Positions 34,830 through 43,762 of a stretch of 55,949 nucleotides of DNA are shown here, piece by piece. Source of the DNA: Candidatus Iainarchaeum sp. (GTDB lineage: Archaea; Iainarchaeota; Iainarchaeia; Iainarchaeales; JAZDEL01); the NCBI GenBank assembly GCA_043820655.1, contig JBDRDO010000059.1, forward strand, positions 1 to 55,949. Direction: 5' to 3'. Under the pieces are notes generated by a model that was given only the letters and a program-made list of their open reading frames with translations, was not told the origin of the DNA and searched no databases. Made by a program: the position numbers and the translations under genes. Numbering within the stretch: position 1 is the stretch's first letter; every line of letters begins with the position of its first letter.

Positions 34830-37800
34830 ATGGAAAGCAAAAAAAATGAAATTGCATCTATACGCAAAAGGGACGGCAGAATCGTGCCTTTTGACGGGGA
34901 AAAGATAGCCCATGCTATTTTCAAGTCCGCGCAGGCAGTGGGGGGAAGCGATAAGGCAACTGCGGAGGCGCTTGCGGGAAAGGTTTTTGAGGCACTTGGA
35001 AAGAGGTTCAAGGCGGATGAAATACCGAGTGTTGAGCAGATACAGGACCTTGTTGAAAAGGTGCTTATTGAGGAGGGGCATGCAAAAACAGCGAAGGCCT
35101 ACATCATCTACAGGCAGCAGCACAAGAAAATCAGGGAAATAGAGAGCACGCTTATAGATGTTCAGAAAACAATTGATGAGTATCTGCAGCAGAGCGACTG
35201 GAGGGTTAATGAAAACAGCAATGAGGCGTATTCATTCAGCGGCCTGCTTCTGCACACCGCGGGAAAGGTCATTGCAAATTACGCGCTGACTGAAATTTAT
35301 CCCCCCGATATTGCGGATGCGCACAAGAAGGGGTATATGCATGTGCATGACCTGAGCCACGGGTTTATCGGCTACTGCGCGGGCTGGAGTTTGGAAACAC
35401 TGCTTGAGCGCGGGTTTGGGGGGGTCGCAAATAAGGTGGATGCAAAGCCGGCAAAGCACATGGATGTTGTTGTGCACCAGATGGTGAATTATATCGGGTG
35501 TTTGCAGATGGAGTTTGCTGGTGCGCAGGCGTTCAGCAGCGTGGACACTTTGCTTGCGCCGTTTGTAAAGGCTGACAATCTTAGCTATAAGCAGGTTAAG
35601 CAGGATATGCAGAAACTTATATTCTCATTGAATATACCCTCAAGGTGGGGCTGCCTCAGCGAGGACACAGAAATACTGGCTGAGGGAGGCTGGAGGAAGG
35701 GCACGGAACTTGAGCGCGGAGATGTAATTGCCACGTTCAACACAAAAACAGAGGAGATAGAATATCTGCCCGTTATAAAGATGACAAAGGACCATTACAA
35801 GGGCAGGATGAAAAGGCTGCGCAACAGGATTACCGACCAGCTTGTGACTCCGAATCATCGCATTCTCAGGAGAATACACAATTACAAAGAAGGCGTTTCA
35901 AAATCAAAATATGTATTTGAGGAGGCAGCGGAACTGAAAACAGGCATCCCGCTGATACCGCTTGGCGGTTTTTTTCGGGGCACTGAAAACGGCGCTGTTC
36001 TTAACCACGACACTGTGAATCTGCTTTCATGGATTGTTTCTGAGGGCACGCTGTGCGAGGGTGAAAGAATAGGCATACATCAATCCGCGGAAATGAATCC
36101 GCAGAACTGTGAAGATATACGGGGCACACTTACAAGGCTTGAAATCCCGTTTGACGAGGCGATGAAGGTTTCCGGTTACACAGGAAAAAGGAACTGTTTA
36201 AGGTTCAGAATTAACCGGCCTGAATCAAGGAACATCTGCACTGAGTTCTTTCCGAGATATGAGAAAAAAATTCCTGAGCAAATGAGAGATGCCCCTGCAG
36301 AAAGTATAAGGCTTTTCTTGGAAACGTATATGAAAGCAGATGGCTGGGCGCCTGAAAACAAAATTTACACAAAGAAAGGGGATGATGCGGATGTTTTTCA
36401 GGAACTGGCGGTAAAGGCGGGCTGGGGCAGCACCTGCTACAAAAACAGGAACGGTATTTTTGTTGTTAGGGTAATAAAGCACGATTATACACAAATAACA
36501 GCAATAGAGGATGTTGAGTATGACGGACTGGTTTGGTGCCCTACAACGGAAAACGGCACGGTTATAGCCAGGAGAAAGGGAAAGGTTTTCATAAGCGGGA
36601 ACTCACAGTATCCTTTTTCGAATCTAACTTTCGACTGGGTTGTGCCTGATGACATGAAAGATAAGAAGGCGCTTGTTGGCGGGGTTAAGCAGGAATTCAC
36701 TTACGGGGATTGCCAGAAGGAAATGGACACGGTAAACAAGGCGTTCCTTGAGATAATGAATGGGGGAGATGCGAACGGCAGGGTTTTCACATTCCCGATC
36801 CCGACATATAATATCACAAAGGACTTTGACTGGGACAGCGAGAATGCTGATTTGCTTTTCGAGGTTACGGCAAAATATGGATTGCCCTACTTCCAGAATT
36901 ATGTCGGAAGTAATTTAGATCCGGGAAGCATACGGGCAATGTGCTGCAGGCTGAACATGGACACAAGCCAGCTTATGAACAGGCCGGGAAGCATGTGGGG
37001 GCCGGGCGACAGCACGGGAAGTATTGGTGTTGTCACAATAAACCTGAACAGGCTTGCATATGAGGCAAAGACAAAGGACGAGTTCATGGACAAGGTTGCG
37101 CACTACATGAACCTTGCACACCAGTCGCTTGAGATAAAGCGCGTAATAATAAACAAGAATTTGAAGAACGGGCTTATGCCCTACACAAAGGCATATCTCG
37201 GAACGTTCAGGAACCACTTTTCAACAATAGGGCTTGTCGGAATGAACGAGGCGTGCAAGAACATGCTTGGGGAGAGCATCAAAAGTGAGGCAGGGAAGCA
37301 GTTTGCAATAGAGACACTGCAGTTCATGCGTGAAAGGTGCCTGCAGTTCCAAAAGAACAGCGGAAACCTATATAATCTTGAGGCAACGCCAGCGGAATCC
37401 GCATCATTCAGGCTTGCGAAGCTTGACAAGGAGATGTACCCGGATATAATAACTGCAGGGACCGATGTGCCGTACCTCACAAACTCAACGCACTTGGGGG
37501 TTGGGGAGACGGATGATGCTGTTGAGGCAATAGAGCACCAGAACGACATTCAGCCGCTTTACACAGGGGGAACAATGTTCCACACATTTTTAGGGGAGAA
37601 TGTTTCAAGCGGCGCTGCGTGTAAAAAACTTGTGCGAAGGATTGCGGAAAACACAAGGCTGCCATACTACAGCATAACCCCTACATTCAGTGTCTGTCCC
37701 GATCACGGGTATATTGCGGGGAAGCATTTTACCTGCCCCGCATGCAGTGACAACGCGGAAGGGGTGAAGGAAAATAATGCAGGCAGTGTGGAAACTGCGG

Positions 37801-37901
37801 AAATTGGCGGGCGGGCGGAGGAAGGCACGGCAGATGCCGCGGAAACCGGAGCCCCTGCAAACGGAGATGGCAATTTAGCCGAAGCAACTGAAACGAGGTG
37901 A
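34830..37901 (+). CDS. nrdD: anaerobic (class III) ribonucleoside-triphosphate reductase large chain, intein-containing, lacking the glycyl-radical tail
   Basis: ATP-cone N-terminus (IRKRDGRIVPFDGEKIAHAI), NrdD core, and a C-terminal ITPTFSVCPDHGY..FTCPAC. Ends in a 50-aa acidic low-complexity tail and a double stop (TGA TAA). Confidence 0.9.
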   Translation: MESKKNEIASIRKRDGRIVPFDGEKIAHAIFKSAQAVGGSDKATAEALAGKVFEALGKRFKADEIPSVEQIQDLVEKVLIEEGHAKTAKAYIIYRQQHKKIREIESTLIDVQKTIDEYLQQSDWRVNENSNEAYSFSGLLLHTAGKVIANYALTEIYPPDIADAHKKGYMHVHDLSHGFIGYCAGWSLETLLERGFGGVANKVDAKPAKHMDVVVHQMVNYIGCLQMEFAGAQAFSSVDTLLAPFVKADNLSYKQVKQDMQKLIFSLNIPSRWGCLSEDTEILAEGGWRKGTELERGDVIATFNTKTEEIEYLPVIKMTKDHYKGRMKRLRNRITDQLVTPNHRILRRIHNYKEGVSKSKYVFEEAAELKTGIPLIPLGGFFRGTENGAVLNHDTVNLLSWIVSEGTLCEGERIGIHQSAEMNPQNCEDIRGTLTRLEIPFDEAMKVSGYTGKRNCLRFRINRPESRNICTEFFPRYEKKIPEQMRDAPAESIRLFLETYMKADGWAPENKIYTKKGDDADVFQELAVKAGWGSTCYKNRNGIFVVRVIKHDYTQITAIEDVEYDGLVWCPTTENGTVIARRKGKVFISGNSQYPFSNLTFDWVVPDDMKDKKALVGGVKQEFTYGDCQKEMDTVNKAFLEIMNGGDANGRVFTFPIPTYNITKDFDWDSENADLLFEVTAKYGLPYFQNYVGSNLDPGSIRAMCCRLNMDTSQLMNRPGSMWGPGDSTGSIGVVTINLNRLAYEAKTKDEFMDKVAHYMNLAHQSLEIKRVIINKNLKNGLMPYTKAYLGTFRNHFSTIGLVGMNEACKNMLGESIKSEAGKQFAIETLQFMRERCLQFQKNSGNLYNLEATPAESASFRLAKLDKEMYPDIITAGTDVPYLTNSTHLGVGETDDAVEAIEHQNDIQPLYTGGTMFHTFLGENVSSGAACKKLVRRIAENTRLPYYSITPTFSVCPDHGYIAGKHFTCPACSDNAEGVKENNAGSVETAEIGGRAEEGTADAAETGAPANGDGNLAEATETR
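35652..36602 (+). mobile_element. intein (317 aa) with a LAGLIDADG homing-endonuclease domain inside nrdD
   Basis: Block A CLSEDTEIL, block B VTPNHRIL, LAGLIDADG-like LLSWIVSEGTL and FLETYMKADGW, block F/G VWCPTTENGTVIA...VFISGN followed by Ser +1. Removing it leaves a 706-aa NrdD. Confidence 0.8.
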
Positions 37902-37906
37902 TAAAG

Positions 37907-38071
37907 ATGACGGAATGCGGAAAGGAATGTGAAGTATACAGCAGGATTGTGGGCTATTTCAGGCCTGTGCAGAACTGGAACATAGGGAAGAAGGAGGAGT
38001 TCAGTGAGAGGTCTGAATATGTCGAGGAGAAATCCATGGCAAGCCGGTTCAGTAAAGAGAAGGGATGTTAG
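37907..38071 (+). CDS. stand-alone glycyl-radical / zinc-ribbon C-terminal module of NrdD (54 aa), absent from the ORF track
   Basis: MTECGKECEVYSRIVGYFRPVQNWNIGKKEEFSERSEY contains the RIVGY glycyl-radical motif. GAGGTGA SD at 37894-37900. Frame +2 relative to nrdD. Confidence 0.7.
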   Translation: MTECGKECEVYSRIVGYFRPVQNWNIGKKEEFSERSEYVEEKSMASRFSKEKGC

Positions 38072-38307
38072 TGGTTAATACATATAAGTTCTTCACAATC
38101 ACGACATGCACAAAGTGCCCTGAGATAAGGGAGTTCCTTAAGGGCGCGAACCTCAAGGGAGAGGAAATAAACGCAACTTCTGAGGAGGGGTTTGAGGAAT
38201 CAAAGAAGCATAATGTTCTGGCCGCGCCCACGGTTATTTTCTTTGATGAGAATGGCGATGAAGTCGGGCGTGCCGGCACTATTGAGGAGATAAAAAAATG
38301 GATATAG
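38065..38307 (+). CDS. thioredoxin/glutaredoxin-like small redox protein (NrdH-like position)
   Basis: 80 aa. CTKC active site in a Trx-fold context (KFFTITTCTKCPE ... APTVIFFD). Lies between the nrdD tail ORF and nrdG. Confidence 0.7.
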   Translation: MLVVNTYKFFTITTCTKCPEIREFLKGANLKGEEINATSEEGFEESKKHNVLAAPTVIFFDENGDEVGRAGTIEEIKKWI

Positions 38308-38999
38308 CCGGGCTGCAGAAAACCACGCTTATTGATTATCCCGGCAAGGTTGCATGCACTGTTTTTGTTGCGGGCTGTAATTTCAGGTGCCCCTACTGCC
38401 ATAATCCGGATCTGGTGCAGGCAGGCAGGGAAATCCCAAAGATGCCCCGGCAGGGGGAGTTCTTCAAATTCCTTGCGAAAAGGAAGAAGTGGCTTGACGG
38501 GGTTTGCATAACAGGCGGGGAGCCGACACTTAACGCGGAACTGCCTGAATTCATCGGGAAGATAAAGGCAGAGGGGTTTCTGGTTAAGCTGGATACAAAC
38601 GGCACAAACCCAAAACTGTTGGGGGAACTTATTAAGGGCGGGCTTGTTGATTACGTTGCAATGGACATAAAGGCGCCGCTTGAGGGATATGACAAAGTTG
38701 TGGGGGTTAAGGTTGATACTGCCGCGATTAAGGAAAGCGCGGCAATGCTTATGCAAGGGGGCGTGGATTACGAATTCAGGACAACTGTTGTGCCGGAACT
38801 ATTCGGGGAGAAAGAGGCGCGGGAGATTGCAAAGTGGCTTAAGGGGGCAAAGAAGTATTACCTGCAGACATTTAACCCGCAGGTTCCTCTGCTTGACAGG
38901 GAATTCATGAAAAAGAAGCCATACGAACAGGGAGGAATGGGGAAATTAAGGGAAATTATGGCGCCTGCCTTCGGAATTTGCGGGGTGCGGGAAGGTTAA
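38298..38999 (+). CDS. nrdG: anaerobic ribonucleotide reductase activating protein (radical SAM)
   Basis: CNFRCPYCHN radical-SAM cluster motif, GVCITGGEP. Confidence 0.9.
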   Translation: MDIAGLQKTTLIDYPGKVACTVFVAGCNFRCPYCHNPDLVQAGREIPKMPRQGEFFKFLAKRKKWLDGVCITGGEPTLNAELPEFIGKIKAEGFLVKLDTNGTNPKLLGELIKGGLVDYVAMDIKAPLEGYDKVVGVKVDTAAIKESAAMLMQGGVDYEFRTTVVPELFGEKEAREIAKWLKGAKKYYLQTFNPQVPLLDREFMKKKPYEQGGMGKLREIMAPAFGICGVREG

Positions 39000-39053
39000 G
39001 CCTGCGGGATACATATAAAAAAACATGCCAGTTTTTTTTAATGGGGTGAGCAT

Positions 39054-39233
39054 ATGGAAAAACCTAATATTGACTATGGGAAATGCAAGAATGACGGGAC
39101 ATGCATAAGGGTCTGCCCTATGGAGGTTTTCGCTAAGGAGGGCAAGAAGACCGTTGTTAAGCATCCCGAGAAGTGCATCCAGTGCAGGGCATGTGAAGTC
39201 AGCTGCCCGAATTCCGCGATTGAAGTTAAGTGA
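39054..39233 (+). CDS. small 2x[4Fe-4S]-type ferredoxin (59 aa), absent from the ORF track
   Basis: MEKPNIDYGKCKNDGTCIRVCP...KCIQCRACEVSCP. Confidence 0.7.
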   Translation: MEKPNIDYGKCKNDGTCIRVCPMEVFAKEGKKTVVKHPEKCIQCRACEVSCPNSAIEVK

Positions 39234-39294
39234 TTTGCCGCAGGTGCAAACCGCACATAAGAACAGAAAAGCAAAACAAACAAGAGGTGTGACA

Positions 39295-40401
39295 ATGGTT
39301 AAATTTGATGAGTTCGGGCCGGAGAAGATATTGGAGGTGCACGACCATAAATCGGGAATGCACGGGTTTGTTGTGATTGACAACACAGCACTTGGACCGG
39401 GAAAGGGCGGCATCAGGATGATGCCCAATGTTACTGTTGATGAGGTGTATAAGCTTGCGCGCACAATGACATGGAAATGTGCGATGGCGGAACTCCCTTT
39501 CGGCGGGGCGAAGTCGGGAATAATTGCGGATGCTAAAAAGCTGAGCGCGGAGCAGAAGGAGAGGATTGTTGCGAAGTTTGCCGAGGGGCTTAAACCTGTC
39601 TGCCCCGAACTTTATGTTTCAGCGCCCGATATGAACATAGCTGAGCATGAGATGGAAATATTTGCGAATGCCAACGGGGATAACAAGGCGTGCACAGGCA
39701 AGCCCGCGGCAATGGGAGGCCTGCCGCATGAATTGGGAAGCACGGGTTACGGCACATACCTTGCGGCAAAGGCAGGGGCGGAACATCTTGGGATGGATTT
39801 AAAGGGAGCAAAGGTTTCAATAGAGGGTTTCGGAAATGTCGGAACATTTGCAATGAAGTTCCTTGCGGAGGAGCAGGCGAACATAGTCGCTGTTTCTGAT
39901 TCAAAGGGGCTTATCTATGACGAAAACGGATTTGATTATGAGAAGATGATGAAGGTTAAAGGGGAGACAGGGAGCGTGACAAATTACGGCACTGGAAAGG
40001 TTCTTGCGGGGAAGGATATTGTCGGGCTTGATGTGGATATCCTTATAACCGCGGCAATACCCGACCTAATTACAAGGGAGAATGTCGGGCAGGTCAAGGC
40101 AAGGCTTCTTTCCGAGGGGTCGAACATACCTATGGAGCTTGGGCTTGAGGAGGAACTGCACAAAAAGGGCGTGCTTATTATGCCTGATTTCATCGCGAAT
40201 GCGGGCGGCGTAATTTCAAGCTATGTTGAATACATAGGCGGCACGGAACAGGAAATGTTCAGGATGGTCGAAGATAAGATAATAAAAAACAGCAAGGAGA
40301 TGCTTGAACATTCAAAGGAAAGCGGAAAAAGTCCAAGAGAGAGCGCGATGGAGATTGCGCTTAAAAGAGTAAGGGAAGCAATGGAAAAGAGAGGGCAATG
40401 A
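39295..40401 (+). CDS. Glu/Leu/Phe/Val-family amino-acid dehydrogenase
   Basis: GPGKGGIRM, FGGAKSG, GFGNVG Rossmann motif. Start chosen at MVKFDEF (39295), since the track start at 39154 overlaps the ferredoxin ORF. Confidence 0.85.
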   Translation: MVKFDEFGPEKILEVHDHKSGMHGFVVIDNTALGPGKGGIRMMPNVTVDEVYKLARTMTWKCAMAELPFGGAKSGIIADAKKLSAEQKERIVAKFAEGLKPVCPELYVSAPDMNIAEHEMEIFANANGDNKACTGKPAAMGGLPHELGSTGYGTYLAAKAGAEHLGMDLKGAKVSIEGFGNVGTFAMKFLAEEQANIVAVSDSKGLIYDENGFDYEKMMKVKGETGSVTNYGTGKVLAGKDIVGLDVDILITAAIPDLITRENVGQVKARLLSEGSNIPMELGLEEELHKKGVLIMPDFIANAGGVISSYVEYIGGTEQEMFRMVEDKIIKNSKEMLEHSKESGKSPRESAMEIALKRVREAMEKRGQ

Positions 40402-41048
40402 GCCGCACAGCGGGCATTGAAAAAATACTGCGCGTAATGCGCGCGGAAGCGGGGAATAGTGCGGCAGTGGTTTCACTGCGCACCCCTTTTCAGGTGCTTG
40501 TCTCAACTGTGCTTAGCGCAAGGACAAGGGATGAAAATACTGCAAGGGCTTCCGCACAATTATTTTCAAAATTTGGCACGCCCTCGGCAATTGCGGGGGC
40601 AAGGCTGAGTGAAATTGGGCGGCTTATAAAGCCAAGCGGATTTTACAAAACAAAGGCGAGGAATATAAAAAAACTCGCACGCGAACTGCTGGAGCGGTTT
40701 GATGGGGAAGTTCCGCAGGGCATTGAGGCCCTCATAACGCTTCCCGGAGTGGGAAGGAAAACCGCAAACTGCGTTTTGGTTTACGCCTTTGGGAAGCCGG
40801 CAATCCCCGTTGATGTGCATGTGCACAGGATTTCAAACAGGCTCGGCCTTGTGGAAACGCGGGCGCCGGAGGAAACCGAGATTGCACTTATGAAAGCCGT
40901 GCCAAAGAGGCACTGGATTGAAATAAATAATCTGATGGTTAAATTCGGGCAGAGGGTTTGCAGGCCTGTTGCGCCCCATTGTGCGCAGTGCGGGTTGATG
41001 AAGGATTGCAACTATGGCAAATTAAATGTGCCTTCAGCCCATGCCTGA
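40398..41048 (+). CDS. nth: endonuclease III (DNA glycosylase/AP lyase)
   Basis: HhH-GPD (LPGVGRKTANCVL, catalytic Lys; VDVHV.R) and the Fe-S loop CRPVAPHCAQCGLMKDC. Confidence 0.9.
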   Translation: MSRTAGIEKILRVMRAEAGNSAAVVSLRTPFQVLVSTVLSARTRDENTARASAQLFSKFGTPSAIAGARLSEIGRLIKPSGFYKTKARNIKKLARELLERFDGEVPQGIEALITLPGVGRKTANCVLVYAFGKPAIPVDVHVHRISNRLGLVETRAPEETEIALMKAVPKRHWIEINNLMVKFGQRVCRPVAPHCAQCGLMKDCNYGKLNVPSAHA

Positions 41049-41699
41049 AACAAGTTCACGCAGTGCCTTTTCGGGATGTTTAGATTTTACGACTGCGGAG
41101 GCGACAAACACGCCAGCAGCGCCGAGTTCAATGCTTTTTGAAACATCCTCCCGCGCGTTTATTCCTGCGCCCGCAATTACGGGGATTTTTGCGATTTTGG
41201 AAACAGCGTCAATCGCGGAGGTTATTATTTCGGGCTTTGCCGTTGAAACTGAAAGTGTGCCGCCTATTAATTCAGGGGGCTCAATTGCGATAAGGTCGGG
41301 CTTGAATTTTGCAAGCACTGCCGCGCGTTTGGGGGTTTCGGCGCATAACATTATTTTAAGGCCTGCTTCACGTGCGCGGTTAACACACCGTTCAACAAAT
41401 TCATTGTCCTGCTTGTCCTCCGCGTGGTTTGTTATTGTGCCTGCGGCACCGGCATTCTTTATTGCCTCGGGCATGTTTTTCCCGGTGTTTGAGCCGAAAT
41501 TAACAGGGTCAATATGCTGGGCGAAAATTTCAATGCCGACTGCGGATGCCACAGCATGTAAATCAACCGCCTGAACAACAGGGATTATTTTATGCCCTGT
41601 TTCATGCGAAACCTTTTCCGCGATTTTTGCGAGTTCAATAGCACGCTTTCCCGTTGCCTGTTCATAAGTCTTGAAATTCAGGAAGAACACGGGTTTCAT
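41034..41699 (-). CDS. tpiA: triosephosphate isomerase (archaeal short type)
   Basis: FLNFKTY, TITNHAE (NHSE-like), IAIEPPELIG, GAGI. Confidence 0.9.
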   Translation of the reverse strand: MKPVFFLNFKTYEQATGKRAIELAKIAEKVSHETGHKIIPVVQAVDLHAVASAVGIEIFAQHIDPVNFGSNTGKNMPEAIKNAGAAGTITNHAEDKQDNEFVERCVNRAREAGLKIMLCAETPKRAAVLAKFKPDLIAIEPPELIGGTLSVSTAKPEIITSAIDAVSKIAKIPVIAGAGINAREDVSKSIELGAAGVFVASAVVKSKHPEKALRELVSGMG

Positions 41700-41794
41700 A
41701 AAACCATAAAAGGAGCAACAAATTAAAAGCGTTCTGCTTGGGAAATTGAGGTGTTTGGGGCATTTTGTAACTGCGGCAAATTACGGAAACGCAT

Positions 41795-41819
41795 AAAATA
41801 TAAAGCAATATAAAGCAAT
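41795..41819 (+). promoter_or_regulatory. TATA-like element containing a tandem 10-bp duplication upstream of the RelA/SpoT-like gene
   Basis: aaaatataaagcaatataaagcaat. ataaagcaat occurs twice (41800-41819), 27-50 nt before the ATG at 41846. Confidence 0.35.
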
Positions 41820-41845
41820 CGCAGGCTTAATTTCTAAAAGAGAGC

Positions 41846-43762
41846 ATGTTTCCGACAAGGCCGCTTTTAGATGAGACTATTTCACATGTCAGGCAGCACT
41901 ACCCCGCCCCTGATATCCAGGTAATAAAGGACGCATATGCATTTGCAAATGAAATTTATGTCGGAGGGAAAACCCCCGCGGGGAGGCAGTTCATAATGCA
42001 CCCGCTTGGCACGGCAAAAATTGTTGCAGAAATGGGGGGGGATGAAAAGGCGGTTGCCGCGGCAATGCTCCATAATGCATGGGCCACTGAAGTGCATGAC
42101 GCCGGTGGAATGACATTAACAACCAAAAAAAATGTGGAGGAACGGTTCGGCAGCGAGATTACGGCATTGATTGACAATGTCCTGAAGGAGAGTGCGCTGG
42201 AGGAGAAATACGCAAAAAAGCTTTCAAACACACTGGTGGCAAAACTAATCATGGCTTCAATGAAGGACAGGCGCGGATTTCTTATAAAACTTGCCGCAAG
42301 GCTGGACATGCTGAGGGAGGCGGGAGATTGGGGAGAAGAAGAAAGGGCGCAAATAGCGGACAAATCCCTTCAGGTTTTTGCGCCGATTTCAAACAGGCTT
42401 GGCATTTACCAGATAAAGGATGAGTTTGAGGACCTTGGCTTTAAGTACAGTCAGCCTGAAGAGTACAATAAACTTGCGGGCATGATGGAGGAAGTGGTTT
42501 CAAGAAGCGAAAGGCACCTTCTGGAGGCGGAGGATATGCTTCAAAAAAAGCTTTCAACCGCGGGAATATCCGCGGAAATAACCCATAGGGAAAAAGCAGT
42601 GTACAGCGTTTACATGAAAATGAAGCGCAAGAACTGCAAATTCAGCGAAATATACGATCTGCTGGGGATAAGGATTATAACAAAAAGCGTAAAGGACTGC
42701 TACGTTGTTTTGGGGCTGGTGCATGCGCAATGGGAGCATATTAAGGAGGAGTTTAACGATTACATAGCAAAACCCAAACAGAACAACTACCAGTCAATAC
42801 AGACAACTATAATCGGCCCTGTGGAAACACCTATAGAAATCCAGATACGGACAGGAGAGATGCACAGGCTGGCGGAACTTGGCTTTGCCGCGGACTGGAA
42901 ATACGGAAGCATTGTCGGGGAGGACAGGTATGAGAAAAGGCTGTACTGGCTTAAGCAGCTTTTTGACTGGGAAAGGCAGGCGAAAAACCCAAGTTACGGC
43001 GGGTTTGAAATAAATTACAAGGGGGACATAATTGTGGCGCTTACCCCCGAGGGGCTGCCTGTTGAATTGCCTTCCGGCGCAACAGTCCTTGATTTTGCAT
43101 ATGCAATACACAGCGGGCTTGGCAGCAGGTGCAGGGGCGCCAGGGTAAATGAGGAAATGGTTTCACTTAAACATGCGCTGAAGAACCTTGACATTGTTGA
43201 AATAATTGCCTCTAAAAACCATCAGGCAAACAGTGGCTGGCTGGGCATAGCCAAAACCGCAAAGGCAAGGAAAAAAATAAGGGCGGCACTTAAAATCAAG
43301 CCCGGAACTGCGGGAGAAACAAGTATCGGCGGGAAAGTCACAATAGACGATGGGAATTACAAGGTAAGGCTTGCAAGATGCTGCAACCCCGTGCCAGGGG
43401 ATGAGATTGCGGGGTATACGTCCACGAACAGGAAAATATCTGTGCACAGGAAAACATGCAAAGAAATTGAAAAGGCAAACGGCAGGCTATGCCATGTTGA
43501 GATTGAATGGGGCAGCGGCACGGAAACCGATTACTCTGCAAATTTGTGCGTAGAAGCGAAGGAGGGTTTTGCCGTTGTGTCGGAACTGCTCTCGGTTTTT
43601 TCAAAACAGAAGGTGCAGGTAATTTCCGGCGGGCTTCAGAGCGCAAACAATAATATTGCGAAGTATCTTTTTAACATAAAAATAAATAACATGGATGAGC
43701 TGAATAAAATAGTTTCAATGGTTGGGAAAATAAGAGGCATCAGGAAAGTCTGGAGGGAATAA
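41846..43762 (+). CDS. long RelA/SpoT homolog (HD-like, synthetase, TGS, Cys-rich helical and ACT-like domains)
   Basis: HPLGTAKIVAEMGGD..AAAMLHN (HD-like; the D of the HD dyad is N). Synthetase: YSVYMKM.RK...F.EIYDLLGIRII....DCY..LG.VH..W....EEF.DYIA.PK.N.YQS..T...GP....IEIQIRT.EMH..AE.G.AA.WKY. TGS: DIIVALTPEG..VELP.GAT.LDFAY.IHS..G. ARCCNPVPGDEI.GY. Confidence 0.85.
   Translation: MFPTRPLLDETISHVRQHYPAPDIQVIKDAYAFANEIYVGGKTPAGRQFIMHPLGTAKIVAEMGGDEKAVAAAMLHNAWATEVHDAGGMTLTTKKNVEERFGSEITALIDNVLKESALEEKYAKKLSNTLVAKLIMASMKDRRGFLIKLAARLDMLREAGDWGEEERAQIADKSLQVFAPISNRLGIYQIKDEFEDLGFKYSQPEEYNKLAGMMEEVVSRSERHLLEAEDMLQKKLSTAGISAEITHREKAVYSVYMKMKRKNCKFSEIYDLLGIRIITKSVKDCYVVLGLVHAQWEHIKEEFNDYIAKPKQNNYQSIQTTIIGPVETPIEIQIRTGEMHRLAELGFAADWKYGSIVGEDRYEKRLYWLKQLFDWERQAKNPSYGGFEINYKGDIIVALTPEGLPVELPSGATVLDFAYAIHSGLGSRCRGARVNEEMVSLKHALKNLDIVEIIASKNHQANSGWLGIAKTAKARKKIRAALKIKPGTAGETSIGGKVTIDDGNYKVRLARCCNPVPGDEIAGYTSTNRKISVHRKTCKEIEKANGRLCHVEIEWGSGTETDYSANLCVEAKEGFAVVSELLSVFSKQKVQVISGGLQSANNNIAKYLFNIKINNMDELNKIVSMVGKIRGIRKVWRE

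Noticed and set aside
39154-39294. Upstream extension of the dehydrogenase ORF
   Set aside because: The extension overlaps a complete ferredoxin ORF in another frame. The Met at 39295 begins the conserved MVKFDEFGPEK N-terminus.
41026-41574. 182-aa plus-strand ORF overlapping triosephosphate isomerase
   Set aside because: The minus-strand frame carries unmistakable TIM motifs. The plus ORF is a shadow.
41800-41819. The 10-mer ataaagcaat recurs near the tRNA (55070-55080, minus strand), considered as a dispersed repeat family
   Set aside because: The motif is short and AT-rich and overlaps TATA-like promoter sequence. Recurrence at this length is expected by chance.
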